Shown: piece after piece, positions 16,118 to 25,644 of the stretch | Position numbering within the stretch: the stretch's first letter is position 1 | How the letters are laid out: each line of letters opens with the position of its first letter | From: a virus | IMG/VR virus record: IMGVR_UViG_3300031228_000003 | Location: 1 to 39,847 of that record | DNA: 39,847 bases | Direction: 5' to 3' (one strand) | Notes under the pieces: generated by a model | Told to the model about the DNA's origin: nothing | The model's database searches: none | Seen by the model: the letters and a program-made list of their open reading frames with translations, nothing else | Position numbers and translations under genes: made by a program

Positions 16118-16140
16118 CCCTCAAAATTTGCATGGATTCA
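16118..16140 (+). promoter_or_regulatory. CCCTC-box copy CCCTCAAAATTTGCATGGATTCA
   Basis: It lies between PAL copies 16097..16114 and 16141..16158, upstream of gene 16169. Confidence 0.6.
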
Positions 16141-16158
16141 GGGCATAACGTTATAGGG
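16141..16158. repeat. PAL copy GGGC-ATAACGTTAT-AGGG
   Basis: Exact core. It lies downstream of a CCCTC box and upstream of gene 16169. Confidence 0.9.
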
Positions 16159-16168
16159 TGGTGAGGAT

Positions 16169-16630
16169 ATGGGTTATTGCACGGTAGCGGACGTAAAGGC
16201 ACGGTACGACGACGACGAATTACGTCGGCTTACCGACGATGCAAAAACAGGTGCAATCGACGACAACGTAATACAGTCGGAGATTGACAATGCGACAACC
16301 GAGATAAACGGGTATCTGCAAAACAGATATGTTGTCCCGGTTGTTGATGATCCATTTCCGGAACTGCTCAAAGTGTGGTGCCTTGAATTCACGGCATACA
16401 ACATTGTCAAGCGTAGGAAGGGGTTAACCGGAGATATGCCGGAAACCCTGACGAAGGAACGGGAACGAATTATTGGGGAACTCCGGAAGGTGAATGAGGG
16501 GAGACTGTCGATTGCAGCAACACTAATTTCCGATCTTCCCCTATCCTCCCCTAACCGAGTTATGGTAGTTCGCACCCGACCGGGAAAAGTATTCACGAAC
16601 GAAACGTTAGATAAGTTCCGTGGCAGTTGA
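16169..16630 (+). CDS. head-tail connector protein (Mu gp36 / DUF1320-like)
   Basis: N-terminus MGYCTVADVKARYDDDELRRLTDD....IDDNVIQSEIDNATTEINGYLQNRY is typical of DUF1320 as recalled. Confidence 0.65.
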   Translation: MGYCTVADVKARYDDDELRRLTDDAKTGAIDDNVIQSEIDNATTEINGYLQNRYVVPVVDDPFPELLKVWCLEFTAYNIVKRRKGLTGDMPETLTKERERIIGELRKVNEGRLSIAATLISDLPLSSPNRVMVVRTRPGKVFTNETLDKFRGS

Positions 16631-17057
16631 TCTAAATACCGAAGAAGCGGAACTAATCGAACAGGTCGAATCGGTAATAACCGATATTGACGTTCTCCCG
16701 ATTGTCAACGCTGAACGCACGGAAGAAGCGAAGCGGACGGCTGAAAGCGATACGCACGGGGTGGCATTCGTGTATATCTCCGGAGATAGAACCGGGGAAA
16801 AGCGGATGACGGAACTTAACGCAACCGTTGTAATTGCGTGCCGTTCCCTCCGGTCGGAGACAATGGGACCGGAAACCCGTAAAGGCGTATACGATTACCT
16901 TACGGCACTACGGGAAAAGTTCGAATCTGCGGGGGGCATAGGGTACGATAACACGACGTGGGTTTACTCCGATAGTAGATTTGTTCAGGAACAGAATGGG
17001 CTATACTATTGGGTCGTAAACCTTATCGGTTATCGTGTTGAAATACCATACATGTAA
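16620..17057 (+). CDS. hypothetical head-completion protein (possibly Mu gp37-like)
   Basis: The GTG start overlaps the upstream stop. The call rests mainly on position after the gp36-like gene. Confidence 0.4.
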   Translation: MAVDLNTEEAELIEQVESVITDIDVLPIVNAERTEEAKRTAESDTHGVAFVYISGDRTGEKRMTELNATVVIACRSLRSETMGPETRKGVYDYLTALREKFESAGGIGYDNTTWVYSDSRFVQEQNGLYYWVVNLIGYRVEIPYM

Positions 17058-17377
17058 TGTCCATGACAACCGAAGAAGCCACCTTGTCAGTTATCATTGC
17101 CGCAATCGGGGGTCTGTTTATGTTCCTGTTTGCCGCACTCGGGGTTGTCTTTATGTACATTCGACACGTCCGGGAACGGGAGAGTCGGAAGGAAGAACAG
17201 ATACTTCATTCTCACACCTTGCACGCAAACCACGACCAACGGATTACCATGCTGGAGCGCGAAGCAAAGGACCTGAAAGAATGGATCACGGGTATTCGGG
17301 AAGAGCTTCGCACCGTTCACCGTGATGTACAGGAATTGACGAAACACGTAATGTCAGCACTGCGGGACCCCCGATGA
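17057..17377 (+). CDS. single-pass membrane protein, holin or i-spanin-like
   Basis: N-terminal TM helix LSVIIAAIGGLFMFLFAALGVVFMYI followed by a charged coiled coil. It is coupled by ATGA to the endolysin gene. Confidence 0.45.
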   Translation: MSMTTEEATLSVIIAAIGGLFMFLFAALGVVFMYIRHVRERESRKEEQILHSHTLHANHDQRITMLEREAKDLKEWITGIREELRTVHRDVQELTKHVMSALRDPR

Positions 17378-18480
17378 AATACACGATCGACAGAGAATTA
17401 TTTTTCGACACGGTTCGTGCAAAGTTCGGACCCCTTAGCCAATATCAGGTAAACGGGTTTGAAAACTTTCTGTCCCGTTATGAATCGGAGTATATCGACA
17501 CGTCCGACCTCGATACGTCGTTACGACAATTCGCGTACATACTCGGCACGGTATGGCACGAATCAGCCCAGACGATGAATGCTATCCGGGAGGGGGCGAA
17601 CAAGTCCGATCCGATTATATCGGACGCGCAAGCATATAGCAGAGTAACCAACTATCTGCGAAGGGTAGGACGGGGAACGTCCTACGCAACCCGTAAGGCT
17701 AATGGGGTTAGCTATTACGGACGGGGACCGGTGCAAGTAACGTGGGAAGATAATTATCGGAAGATGGGTCCTATCCTTGGAGTCGATCTTCTGAACAATC
17801 CGGACTTGTTATTGCAGGAGCCGTATGGCACCCGATCGGTATTCGAGGGGATGACGCGGGGAACGTACACGGGTCGGAAGCTATCGCAGTATATCACCCC
17901 CCACAAAACCGAATACTTCAACGCGCGGGACATTGTCAACGGACGGAAGGACAAAGCCGGGGATATACGTATCTATGCCGAACGATTCCAGTCAGCGTTA
18001 TTCCTCAACCCGAATCGACCGGCTGTTGTACTCGAAGAGTCGGCCCCGAAAGAACCGGACCTTCCCGACCCTGATACGCTGGCGTCAGAGTATGCCGGGG
18101 AATATATCTCGAAAGACGTTCGTCCGGTAGACTGGAAAAGTATCGAACCCCCTCCGAAGAAAAATGTATTTGACAAGGTGCGGGAATGGATCGTTAGTAA
18201 ACTTCCGTCCCCGTCATATTCAACAAACGAAGGAAACCGAAACATGGAACCGCAGAAAAAGAGTTGGATTATCACCCTGATTAAACCCGTTGCCGTCGCC
18301 CTCTTTGCGTGGCTGGGAATCGCTATTGACCCGATGATCTTAGATAACCCGTCAGCATGGGGTATTGTTATCCTCGTCGGCTACGCACTCATTGGCATTG
18401 CCGAAAAGTTTTTCATCCGAAAGGAAGTGAAGGAAGTGAAAGAGGAAGTGAAGGCTAATTCGCCCCACGGGACCCTATAA
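17374..18480 (+). CDS. GH19 (chitinase-like) endolysin with two C-terminal transmembrane helices
   Basis: HESAQT, YYGRGPVQVTWEDNY and GVDLLNNPDLLL match barley chitinase SHETTG, YYGRGPIQLSHNYNY and GVDLLANPDLV. The C-terminus has WIITLIKPVAVALFAWLGIAI and WGIVILVGYALIGIAEKFFI. The TAA stop lies inside PAL 18473..18491. Confidence 0.85.
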   Translation: MKYTIDRELFFDTVRAKFGPLSQYQVNGFENFLSRYESEYIDTSDLDTSLRQFAYILGTVWHESAQTMNAIREGANKSDPIISDAQAYSRVTNYLRRVGRGTSYATRKANGVSYYGRGPVQVTWEDNYRKMGPILGVDLLNNPDLLLQEPYGTRSVFEGMTRGTYTGRKLSQYITPHKTEYFNARDIVNGRKDKAGDIRIYAERFQSALFLNPNRPAVVLEESAPKEPDLPDPDTLASEYAGEYISKDVRPVDWKSIEPPPKKNVFDKVREWIVSKLPSPSYSTNEGNRNMEPQKKSWIITLIKPVAVALFAWLGIAIDPMILDNPSAWGIVILVGYALIGIAEKFFIRKEVKEVKEEVKANSPHGTL

Positions 18481-18491
18481 CGTTATACCCC
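18473..18491. repeat. PAL copy CCCT-ATAACGTTAT-ACCCC
   Basis: Exact core. It contains the TAA stop of the endolysin gene. Confidence 0.9.
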
Positions 18492-18492
18492 T

Positions 18493-19146
18493 ATGTCCTG
18501 TTATACGGATATATCGCTACTCGCCCACCTGACACGGGGGAAGGACACCGAAACCATTATTCTGAAATCCATTCCGGATAGCATGATAATGGAAGAGGGG
18601 GGATTGCTGGAGTTCCTTGTCGATGAAATTCGGGACCGTATTGATTGTCTGCAATGCGAACTGATCGAGTGTTGCAACACCGAACCGGAACCGATCGATT
18701 ACGGTTCCCAAGGGATTCTAACGACCGGAGACACGACAGAGGTTAACAGTGCCGGACCGACCCCCGTACAATGGGATAACGTTGTACTCTTGGACGGGGA
18801 AGATTATGAGCACATCACGGACATATTCGGTTCCAGTAAGATAAAGGTGAAGCGTGCCGGACGGTTCCGGATCGATTCGATGATAACGTTCGTATCGGCA
18901 ACAACCGGAGTAAGTATAGCGGTTCAGGTTCAGGTTAATGGCATACCTGTTCCCTACGGGGTCGGACGGCACGGGGTAGTTTCGGGTGGAGTAAATGACA
19001 AGAGTAGTTCCTCTATTTCGATTATAGCGGACCTGCTCGAAGATGACGAAATCGAAATCGTCACGTTCCAGAATGGAGCGGCCGGAACCGCTACACACGT
19101 AGCACAAGAATCGAATCTGTTACTATCACGATTCCCGCAAGCGTAA
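18493..19146 (+). CDS. virion protein with C1q/TNF/BclA-CTD-like C-terminal jelly roll (putative fibre or receptor-binding protein)
   Basis: The C-terminal pattern GRFRIDSMITFVSA..VSIAVQVQVNGIPVP....SSSISIIADLLEDDEIEIV....NLLLSRF resembles BclA/C1q-type domains as recalled. Confidence 0.4.
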   Translation: MSCYTDISLLAHLTRGKDTETIILKSIPDSMIMEEGGLLEFLVDEIRDRIDCLQCELIECCNTEPEPIDYGSQGILTTGDTTEVNSAGPTPVQWDNVVLLDGEDYEHITDIFGSSKIKVKRAGRFRIDSMITFVSATTGVSIAVQVQVNGIPVPYGVGRHGVVSGGVNDKSSSSISIIADLLEDDEIEIVTFQNGAAGTATHVAQESNLLLSRFPQA

Positions 19147-19149
19147 ATC

Positions 19150-19701
19150 ATGGCATGTGCTAAGAAGGTCCGCAAATACGACTATGCGGGAAGCGAACGG
19201 ATACGGGTACGGGGAACAACCGGGGGTGCAAATACATTCGGTCCCGGAAGTACTCTGTTCACGGCCGGGGACATGTTCAGTCCCGTACTTACGTTTGCGG
19301 ATCTCGGTTCGTGCAATTGTGGCGACGAACACGGATCGGGATTAATCGAGTCCGTGATAATCACGGAAAACATTTCGACTGACCCTGTAGAGGCAAGCGG
19401 TTTTCAGGAACCCGACCTTACGCTATGGCTAACGAACGTTACTCCCGGAACCGTTCCGGCTGTAAATGATCCGATGTCGGGTATTACGATACTGAATAAC
19501 GAACTCGTCGCGATCGTGCCGTTAGGTGGCATTGTCTGGCACGAAGTAAATTCGGGAATGTCGGTCGGACAACTTGCCGTAAGCGTGCCGTATATCATAC
19601 CCTCCGGAACGCTCTACGGGTTCCTTGTCGTCAATGATGCTCCGGACTGGACCCAATCGACAACGGCGTTTTCAATTGATATATTCGCCACGAAGGACTA
19701 A
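19150..19701 (+). CDS. hypothetical virion protein
   Basis: 183-aa ORF in the structural block. Confidence 0.55.
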   Translation: MACAKKVRKYDYAGSERIRVRGTTGGANTFGPGSTLFTAGDMFSPVLTFADLGSCNCGDEHGSGLIESVIITENISTDPVEASGFQEPDLTLWLTNVTPGTVPAVNDPMSGITILNNELVAIVPLGGIVWHEVNSGMSVGQLAVSVPYIIPSGTLYGFLVVNDAPDWTQSTTAFSIDIFATKD

Positions 19702-19730
19702 CCAACAACATACACTAAGGGGGCCGAATC

Positions 19731-20429
19731 ATGGCTAAAGTAATGGGACGTCCGACAGTGGGCGGACGGCATGCGGGATGGATCATTTCACTTACCGTGA
19801 CCGGATCGGAGATAACCGGTAACGGCGCGGATGCTTACGAGTTCGATCACTTGGAAAATGCTGAAGTTGTCTTTGCAATCAGTGCGGAAGAGTCGGCAGC
19901 CGAACAGGGCAAGATTGAAAAGGTCGGCATCGATGGGATTACTTTCGAGACTGCGGAAGTAAGCGAGCGGATAGATATTATCTCCGGAGAAACGGTATCG
20001 GGTGGGGATAGTACAGCCGGACGGGAAAGCCAGATCAAAGTAACGTCCCTTGCAACCGAAGCGGGCGCGGACGTCAGCGCAATTCAGGCATTCCGCGGAA
20101 AGGTTGTACTTATGGTTCTTCCGCACGGGAAAGCATATTCAGCCGGATCGGAAGCGGGACTAAAATACTATTGCCTCATCGGCAAGGTGTCGAGCATTAC
20201 GGGACCGTCGTTCGCAGGTAACGACGTAGCCACGATTGCGCTCGAAGTAACTGGGGGAAAGACGTACACCGAAGACGCCGGAACGGAAATATCGGCAGCC
20301 GTCACAACGTTTACGGCGATTACTCCGGTCGGTCAGGACCCATTGGAGGTTACGATTGCAGCCCCTGCCGGTGCCGCAGTCGATGCCGTCAAGACCGTTC
20401 TTCTTACGGGGGATATTGCGATCGTCTAA
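19731..20429 (+). CDS. abundant structural protein candidate (possibly major tail protein)
   Basis: It has a strong AGGGGG Shine-Dalgarno. It is followed by a PAL copy and then a canonical intrinsic terminator, as is typical of highly expressed structural genes. Confidence 0.4.
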   Translation: MAKVMGRPTVGGRHAGWIISLTVTGSEITGNGADAYEFDHLENAEVVFAISAEESAAEQGKIEKVGIDGITFETAEVSERIDIISGETVSGGDSTAGRESQIKVTSLATEAGADVSAIQAFRGKVVLMVLPHGKAYSAGSEAGLKYYCLIGKVSSITGPSFAGNDVATIALEVTGGKTYTEDAGTEISAAVTTFTAITPVGQDPLEVTIAAPAGAAVDAVKTVLLTGDIAIV

Positions 20430-20447
20430 GCCCATAACGTTATGGGC
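20430..20447. repeat. PAL copy GCCC-ATAACGTTAT-GGGC
   Basis: Exact. It starts immediately after the TAA stop of gene 19731..20429. A canonical terminator follows 28 nt later. Confidence 0.9.
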
Positions 20448-20474
20448 TACATAGCAACTGCGGGTTACTCTACC

Positions 20475-20508
20475 ACGGGGACGGGAAACACCCGTCCCCG
20501 TTTTACTT
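20475..20508 (+). terminator. intrinsic terminator
   Basis: Stem ACGGGGACGGG (20475..20485), loop AAACA, stem CCCGTCCCCGT (20491..20501), then a TTTT run overlapping the last stem base, then ACTT. Confidence 0.8.
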
Positions 20509-20524
20509 CAATGGAGATTATATA

Positions 20525-20911
20525 ATGCGAATTTATAGCGAAGGAGTCGGAACGGGTGGAGCATTCACGGCCGACGGTTCAGAGATAACGATTCAGGGTC
20601 TGAACGCTTCCCGCTTTGCCGTTGACCTTTCGACGTTTACCCGTGCTCGGTTGTCAGTGAACCTCTACAGCTTTAGCGGTCCGGCATCATCCGCAAAGTT
20701 TGAAATCGAATACTCTATCAACAACGGGACGAATTGGGGCGCAACGGGTGTCGAGGTTGAGGCGAACAATACGGGTCTATTCGTCGGAGAGTATACGTCC
20801 CTTCCGTCAAGCGTTGACGCTGACACTATTTTCCGGATCGTTACGAGTGACGAAACCGGCAACGGGGGCGCGTCGCTCTGGCCAGTCTTTATCGACCTTG
20901 AAGTAAAGTAA
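20525..20911 (+). CDS. hypothetical beta-rich virion protein
   Basis: 128-aa ORF with a GGAGA Shine-Dalgarno. Confidence 0.55.
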   Translation: MRIYSEGVGTGGAFTADGSEITIQGLNASRFAVDLSTFTRARLSVNLYSFSGPASSAKFEIEYSINNGTNWGATGVEVEANNTGLFVGEYTSLPSSVDADTIFRIVTSDETGNGGASLWPVFIDLEVK

Positions 20912-20917
20912 GTTCCA

Positions 20918-20935
20918 GCCCATAACGTTATAGGG
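20918..20935. repeat. PAL copy GCCC-ATAACGTTAT-AGGG
   Basis: Exact core. Confidence 0.9.
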
Positions 20936-20948
20936 TAGGGGTTCAGAA

Positions 20949-23516
20949 GTGCCGGAATATAAGACGACATACACGATAGAGGAACCGGAGATTCCCGGCG
21001 GGACTCACAGTATTATCATTTTCAGTGATACGTACGATGGACTTTCCAACGTCAACACGGCGACAGAGGTTTCCGTGTTCGAAGTTGAATCATCGACGGA
21101 AGCGTTGGAAGGTGACGCGGGAGTTGTTCAGGTAAATAACATATCGTTTCTCGTCGATGGGCTACGGGCGTATAATCAGGACGACCGGGACGCAATAGAT
21201 TTTGTATTGACCGCACGGGACGAAGATACGCTAATCTATTGCGCCCGGTTCATCCTCTACGGACCGGGACCGTATACCATCGTCAATTCCGATTTTGCAT
21301 TTCGGGGAAGAGTCGGGACGGATTTCAGTTGGGACGACCCCCCCAAGTGGGAAGGGGATTTATATAGCAGTGACCCGGCACCCGTCCGCACGTGGAAAGG
21401 TGAGGCGTTTACTATCGACCTTGGAACAATGCTGAACGAAACCGTAGGGGAAATTGTCTCCCGGTTGCGCTTCGGTGTTGACGAGAACGGGGATATACTT
21501 TACGGTGAACCGGAAACCGAAGATTATACGAACTGGATAGCGACGAACGTTGACGATCGGCAAGCATACTATTTATCCGAAGGGGTGGTGGGGAGTGCTC
21601 CCGCACTTGCCGCAAAGTGGGCGAACCTCGTGAGTCTGGAAGATGCTTTTCAAATGCTGTTTGATAATACGAAGTTGAATGCACTCACCCTTACGTTCGT
21701 TCCGACAACGTTGGATATGCAAGCTATCCCGGCACGCTTTCACGCGATCCGGGAATTTGACGACCACGGCAAGGCGTACCGTTACGTACATTCCACCGAA
21801 TCGTATAACCTGTTAGGTGTGCCGTTCCATTACAAGGGAGATAGTGCCAAACTTGGATTCGAAACTACGAACCCGGCTATAACGAGTCCCGGAATATATC
21901 AACTCAAAACCGGAGGGGCGGGATACGGGGTGATGAGCGTAGCCTATAGGCTACTCCACCCGTTCAGGGGTGACGACGATCCGGACGTAAATTTTTCATG
22001 GTGGAACCTGACGGTTGCGGAAGTGCTGGTACGTGTTGCCTATTCTCTCGGTTGTACGCTCGAATTCATTTATACAAGTCTGAATACCGTTGATGTACAG
22101 TTTAACCCCCGAGCATTGAAGGGAACCGTAGAGACATTTATACGGGATGCCTACAGCGCAAAGGGAAGCACAAAACCCTATTCGGTAGACTCACAAGGTA
22201 AGTACGTCGGAGCATCGTTCCGACTTGCAACCGATGGGGCGGAGTACTATCGCCATACAAAAGACGGTCTGGAATCAACGTTCAACCACCGGACGCAACA
22301 GCGAAGCGAGCCGAAACAGTCCGACCGTTATTTACCGTTGACTATATCGCCGACGTTCTGCTTGTTCGACGACGACACGGGGAAAGATATTTTTTCGAAG
22401 ATCTTAGCGGAGGGGATCGGGGCGAAAGTGTACGGGCGGAACATGCACGATGTTCTGCCGAACCCGATGTTACCCCACAACATCGTAATGCACGAAGGGG
22501 CAACAACCGAAGCAATGGGGAGGGGAGCGAATGCCGACGGGGTGGGCGCGTGGAAATCGCAGAACCTTGAAGGGGTACACACCGGGATTTATATCACGTG
22601 TCCCGGTTTGCCGTCGATCCGTTACCCGTCGCTTCCCGGCAACCTCGGAGGGTCGTACCCTTGGGGAGAAGTGGGGGTTGATGGGGTTGATATATACGCC
22701 CCCGTCTCTATCTGTGCAATCGACTATAAAACCCCTAACGGCACGGTAATAAAAAAGCTGTTCTATCAGCTATCGGAATACCTTTCCGAAGTATACGAGA
22801 ACGACAAGAAGTATTACGAGGGGGCATATACATTCAACGTTCCGGGACTATCCGGATTCCGACTTGCACCCGGCGGAACCGATAGCTGGAAAAACATCCG
22901 TGCCGGAAATCTCGTCACCTTGGACGGGGTGGAATGGATCGTTAATCGGGTTGTGCGCAAGTTGACGGAAACGGAAATTACATTGCACGCACTCGAACAG
23001 TATTCGGGTTTCGTTATGTCTACGATTGATCCGGATACCGAAGAACCTCCGACACCCGGAAACACTTTCGCGGAAGTGCCACTGGACGAGGAACGTAAAC
23101 AGGCTGTCAACCCGTCGGTGCAATTGCGACCGGTTGACGATGAATACATTCCGCTTATGCTGGTAAGTGAACTAACCGACGGAGAGGCCACGGTATCGCA
23201 GGCAACGTCGGCACATTACGGGAGGGTGCGGGGAATGAACATCACAGAGTACGACGTTGAACTATCGCAGGAAACCAATACGCTTTCCATCCTTGCCGGG
23301 GGAACGCTGAACGTTGGGGTTGCCATTGTTACGGCACTCGGATTGCAGCCGGGGGACCGGCTGTATTTACGCAACGGCACGGACCCCGTGAATTGGTCCA
23401 ACGTCCCCCCTGATGGGTCGGACCCCGACGAAGATCTTGTATACGAATTCGGACGGGTGAACCCTGACGGTCTATCTATCCGGATCGAACCGAAAGAGTA
23501 CAGGCGGTTTATCTAA
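20949..23516 (+). CDS. large virion protein (tail tip or fibre candidate)
   Basis: 855-aa ORF with a GTG start after TAGGGG. It is the second largest gene in the structural block. Confidence 0.6.
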   Translation: MPEYKTTYTIEEPEIPGGTHSIIIFSDTYDGLSNVNTATEVSVFEVESSTEALEGDAGVVQVNNISFLVDGLRAYNQDDRDAIDFVLTARDEDTLIYCARFILYGPGPYTIVNSDFAFRGRVGTDFSWDDPPKWEGDLYSSDPAPVRTWKGEAFTIDLGTMLNETVGEIVSRLRFGVDENGDILYGEPETEDYTNWIATNVDDRQAYYLSEGVVGSAPALAAKWANLVSLEDAFQMLFDNTKLNALTLTFVPTTLDMQAIPARFHAIREFDDHGKAYRYVHSTESYNLLGVPFHYKGDSAKLGFETTNPAITSPGIYQLKTGGAGYGVMSVAYRLLHPFRGDDDPDVNFSWWNLTVAEVLVRVAYSLGCTLEFIYTSLNTVDVQFNPRALKGTVETFIRDAYSAKGSTKPYSVDSQGKYVGASFRLATDGAEYYRHTKDGLESTFNHRTQQRSEPKQSDRYLPLTISPTFCLFDDDTGKDIFSKILAEGIGAKVYGRNMHDVLPNPMLPHNIVMHEGATTEAMGRGANADGVGAWKSQNLEGVHTGIYITCPGLPSIRYPSLPGNLGGSYPWGEVGVDGVDIYAPVSICAIDYKTPNGTVIKKLFYQLSEYLSEVYENDKKYYEGAYTFNVPGLSGFRLAPGGTDSWKNIRAGNLVTLDGVEWIVNRVVRKLTETEITLHALEQYSGFVMSTIDPDTEEPPTPGNTFAEVPLDEERKQAVNPSVQLRPVDDEYIPLMLVSELTDGEATVSQATSAHYGRVRGMNITEYDVELSQETNTLSILAGGTLNVGVAIVTALGLQPGDRLYLRNGTDPVNWSNVPPDGSDPDEDLVYEFGRVNPDGLSIRIEPKEYRRFI

Positions 23517-23519
23517 CGA

Positions 23520-23537
23520 CCCCATAACGTTATAGGC
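23520..23537. repeat. PAL copy CCCC-ATAACGTTAT-AGGC
   Basis: Exact core. Confidence 0.9.
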
Positions 23538-23540
23538 TTT

Positions 23541-23993
23541 ATGGCACTCTGGGAAAACATAGTATGGCTACGGTACGTCAAGCCGGACGGCTCAACGGTT
23601 GCCCATCGATTCAACGCTCTGGAAAACCCCCGTGTTACCTACGCAAAGGACGGGGCGATAATTCAGGGGAACCGGTCCGCCCACCCGTTTACGTACTATC
23701 GGACGGCACGGTATATCGTCCTGATTAGTGCGGATGAATTGTATATGCAGAGCGCTTACGAGTTTATGATATCGTTCTGGTATGCAAACGAGAAGCATAT
23801 AGCAATTGACAGCTCCGTAACTGAACCGCTCGACACGGAGTTTATTTCCGTATACACGGACGGGGGGGATGCTCCGGAGGAATTTATCGAAGATGTTCAG
23901 GAACTTCCCGACTGGACACTGGAACTTTTCGAAACCCGACGTCGGGTCTGGAACTCCGGAACGAACCTCTGGGAACCCGTCTATCTTGCATAG
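23541..23993 (+). CDS. hypothetical tail-module protein
   Basis: 150-aa ORF bounded by PAL copies on both sides. Confidence 0.55.
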   Translation: MALWENIVWLRYVKPDGSTVAHRFNALENPRVTYAKDGAIIQGNRSAHPFTYYRTARYIVLISADELYMQSAYEFMISFWYANEKHIAIDSSVTEPLDTEFISVYTDGGDAPEEFIEDVQELPDWTLELFETRRRVWNSGTNLWEPVYLA

Positions 23994-24010
23994 CCCATAA
24001 CGTTATGGGG
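23993..24010. repeat. PAL copy GCCC-ATAACGTTAT-GGGG
   Basis: Exact core. It shares its G with the TAG stop of gene 23541..23993. Confidence 0.9.
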
Positions 24011-24020
24011 TACAGATATT

Positions 24021-24530
24021 ATGGCACTGGTAACACGATCGAAAGCGAGCATAACGGATACCCGAATCTTCCCGTTCCACGGGATACAGATATACGCGGG
24101 ACCCGATCCGGATGATCTCCACCTTCTGATACGGACGGTTGTAGCCGGTTCGACCTATACACTATCGGAGGTCCGCAAAGCAGGGCGGGTGGTCGCGTTC
24201 ATTATCAACGGGTCGGCACGGGTAGTGTATAACGACTACAATTCCCCCGACTTCATAAAGACATTCGAACGAATGTCTTTTCAGAAGATCACGGATATAA
24301 ATATACTGCTCGAACCCCATAGCGGACAACCGGGAGGGGATAGCCGGACGATAAGCAACAAGCGTGCAACCGTCCGCAATTGGCGGATGAGTTGGGAAAT
24401 TCCCGCACAAGGGGATACCAAACTACCCGATATGGTAATAACGTTTCGGGGGGTGTTCAGCGTTGATGCTCTTAAGGGATTCAACGAAGCGTATGACCTT
24501 GACGATACGGAAAGGCATTTCTTCAGCTAA
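24021..24530 (+). CDS. hypothetical tail-module protein
   Basis: 169-aa ORF. Confidence 0.55.
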   Translation: MALVTRSKASITDTRIFPFHGIQIYAGPDPDDLHLLIRTVVAGSTYTLSEVRKAGRVVAFIINGSARVVYNDYNSPDFIKTFERMSFQKITDINILLEPHSGQPGGDSRTISNKRATVRNWRMSWEIPAQGDTKLPDMVITFRGVFSVDALKGFNEAYDLDDTERHFFS

Positions 24531-24550
24531 TCAAAAACCGAGAAACCGAA

Positions 24551-24946
24551 ATGAATGCTTTGGCCGTATGGAAAGAATATCGTCTCTTCCTGCAAGGTGC
24601 GGGGATCAAACGCAAAGAGTTCCTTACCCGTGCAATGCAGAGCGGGAACGCTGAACTATTCGCTGACCTGATTAAGGAAGGGTGTGTAAGGATAGCAGCC
24701 GGGGATACATTGGCGGATCTTGAACGGACACGGGGATACGTCCCGTACTCAATAGCCCAAGTAATCAGGGGTTCGCAATCAACGGGGTTGACACCGTGGC
24801 GAATACTGGTGGCGTCCGTTACTATCCTGAATATACATAGCATCCCGACCCGGTTACGTGTCGAGCTATTATCTACCCTGTTCGGGGGTGGTATCATACA
24901 GGATGCCGGACCTGATTTTATACTTACGGCATTCAATGCCGAATAA
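24551..24946 (+). CDS. hypothetical tail-module protein
   Basis: 131-aa ORF. Confidence 0.55.
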   Translation: MNALAVWKEYRLFLQGAGIKRKEFLTRAMQSGNAELFADLIKEGCVRIAAGDTLADLERTRGYVPYSIAQVIRGSQSTGLTPWRILVASVTILNIHSIPTRLRVELLSTLFGGGIIQDAGPDFILTAFNAE

Positions 24947-24963
24947 CCAAACCGAGAAAGACA

Positions 24964-25644
24964 ATGACAGACAAACCGAAGAACGCGATTAACATTGAAT
25001 CACCCGACGGGGATACACTCGAAACCCTTGCTACGGCAATTGACGTAACGATGTTCCCGGATCAGGGGCACCCGGACGAAACGACTCCACCCGACGACGT
25101 GGTATTGTCAAGTGAAATTGCAATACCGATAGAGCACCCCGAACGAGGGCCGGAAACATGGGTGTTCAATTGGTCGGAGATTTCCCCGATCCAACATATC
25201 AGAGCAAGCAAACTGCTGTTCTACGAACACGAATTACTTGTGAACCCTCTTCCATCCCATCGACAGAATAAACTATCCGGTCTCTACGAAATTGAGATGG
25301 AAATGTTTTCCGTTCTCCTTCTCCGGAAAAACGAAGATGGGACGTTAGATAGACGGACACCCATGGGGCGGGTTAATCAGGAAGCCGAAGCACTGGAAGC
25401 AATCTATTTGATGAAGGGTTCCGATTACGATAAACTCCGAATCATAAAAAAAAATTTGTGTTTGCTATACGGTGTGCCAAGCGTAGACAGGACATTGGAT
25501 TTCAAAAAATTAACCCGAAGTCTGGCGGGATACATATCAGCTTTCTCTCACCTGAAATTGAGCGAAAGCGATATATCGACCAACTCCGAAACGACGGATA
25601 CGGGACAACATGGAAACGAAGAGCAATCGAACAGGGAGCAATAA
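24964..25644 (+). CDS. tail assembly chaperone (lambda gpG analogue)
   Basis: It is the last gene before the tape measure. It contains the slippery run A AAA AAA, and an overlapping -1 frame is open. Confidence 0.6.
   Translation: MTDKPKNAINIESPDGDTLETLATAIDVTMFPDQGHPDETTPPDDVVLSSEIAIPIEHPERGPETWVFNWSEISPIQHIRASKLLFYEHELLVNPLPSHRQNKLSGLYEIEMEMFSVLLLRKNEDGTLDRRTPMGRVNQEAEALEAIYLMKGSDYDKLRIIKKNLCLLYGVPSVDRTLDFKKLTRSLAGYISAFSHLKLSESDISTNSETTDTGQHGNEEQSNREQ

Noticed and set aside
16118-16140. CCCTCAAAATTTGC box as a Bacteroidetes-type -7 promoter element (TAnnTTTG)
   Set aside because: AAAATTTG only partly fits the consensus. The genome shows strong, regularly spaced GGAG/GGGG Shine-Dalgarno sequences, which Bacteroidetes genes largely lack. 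One copy has TTTC instead of TTTG.
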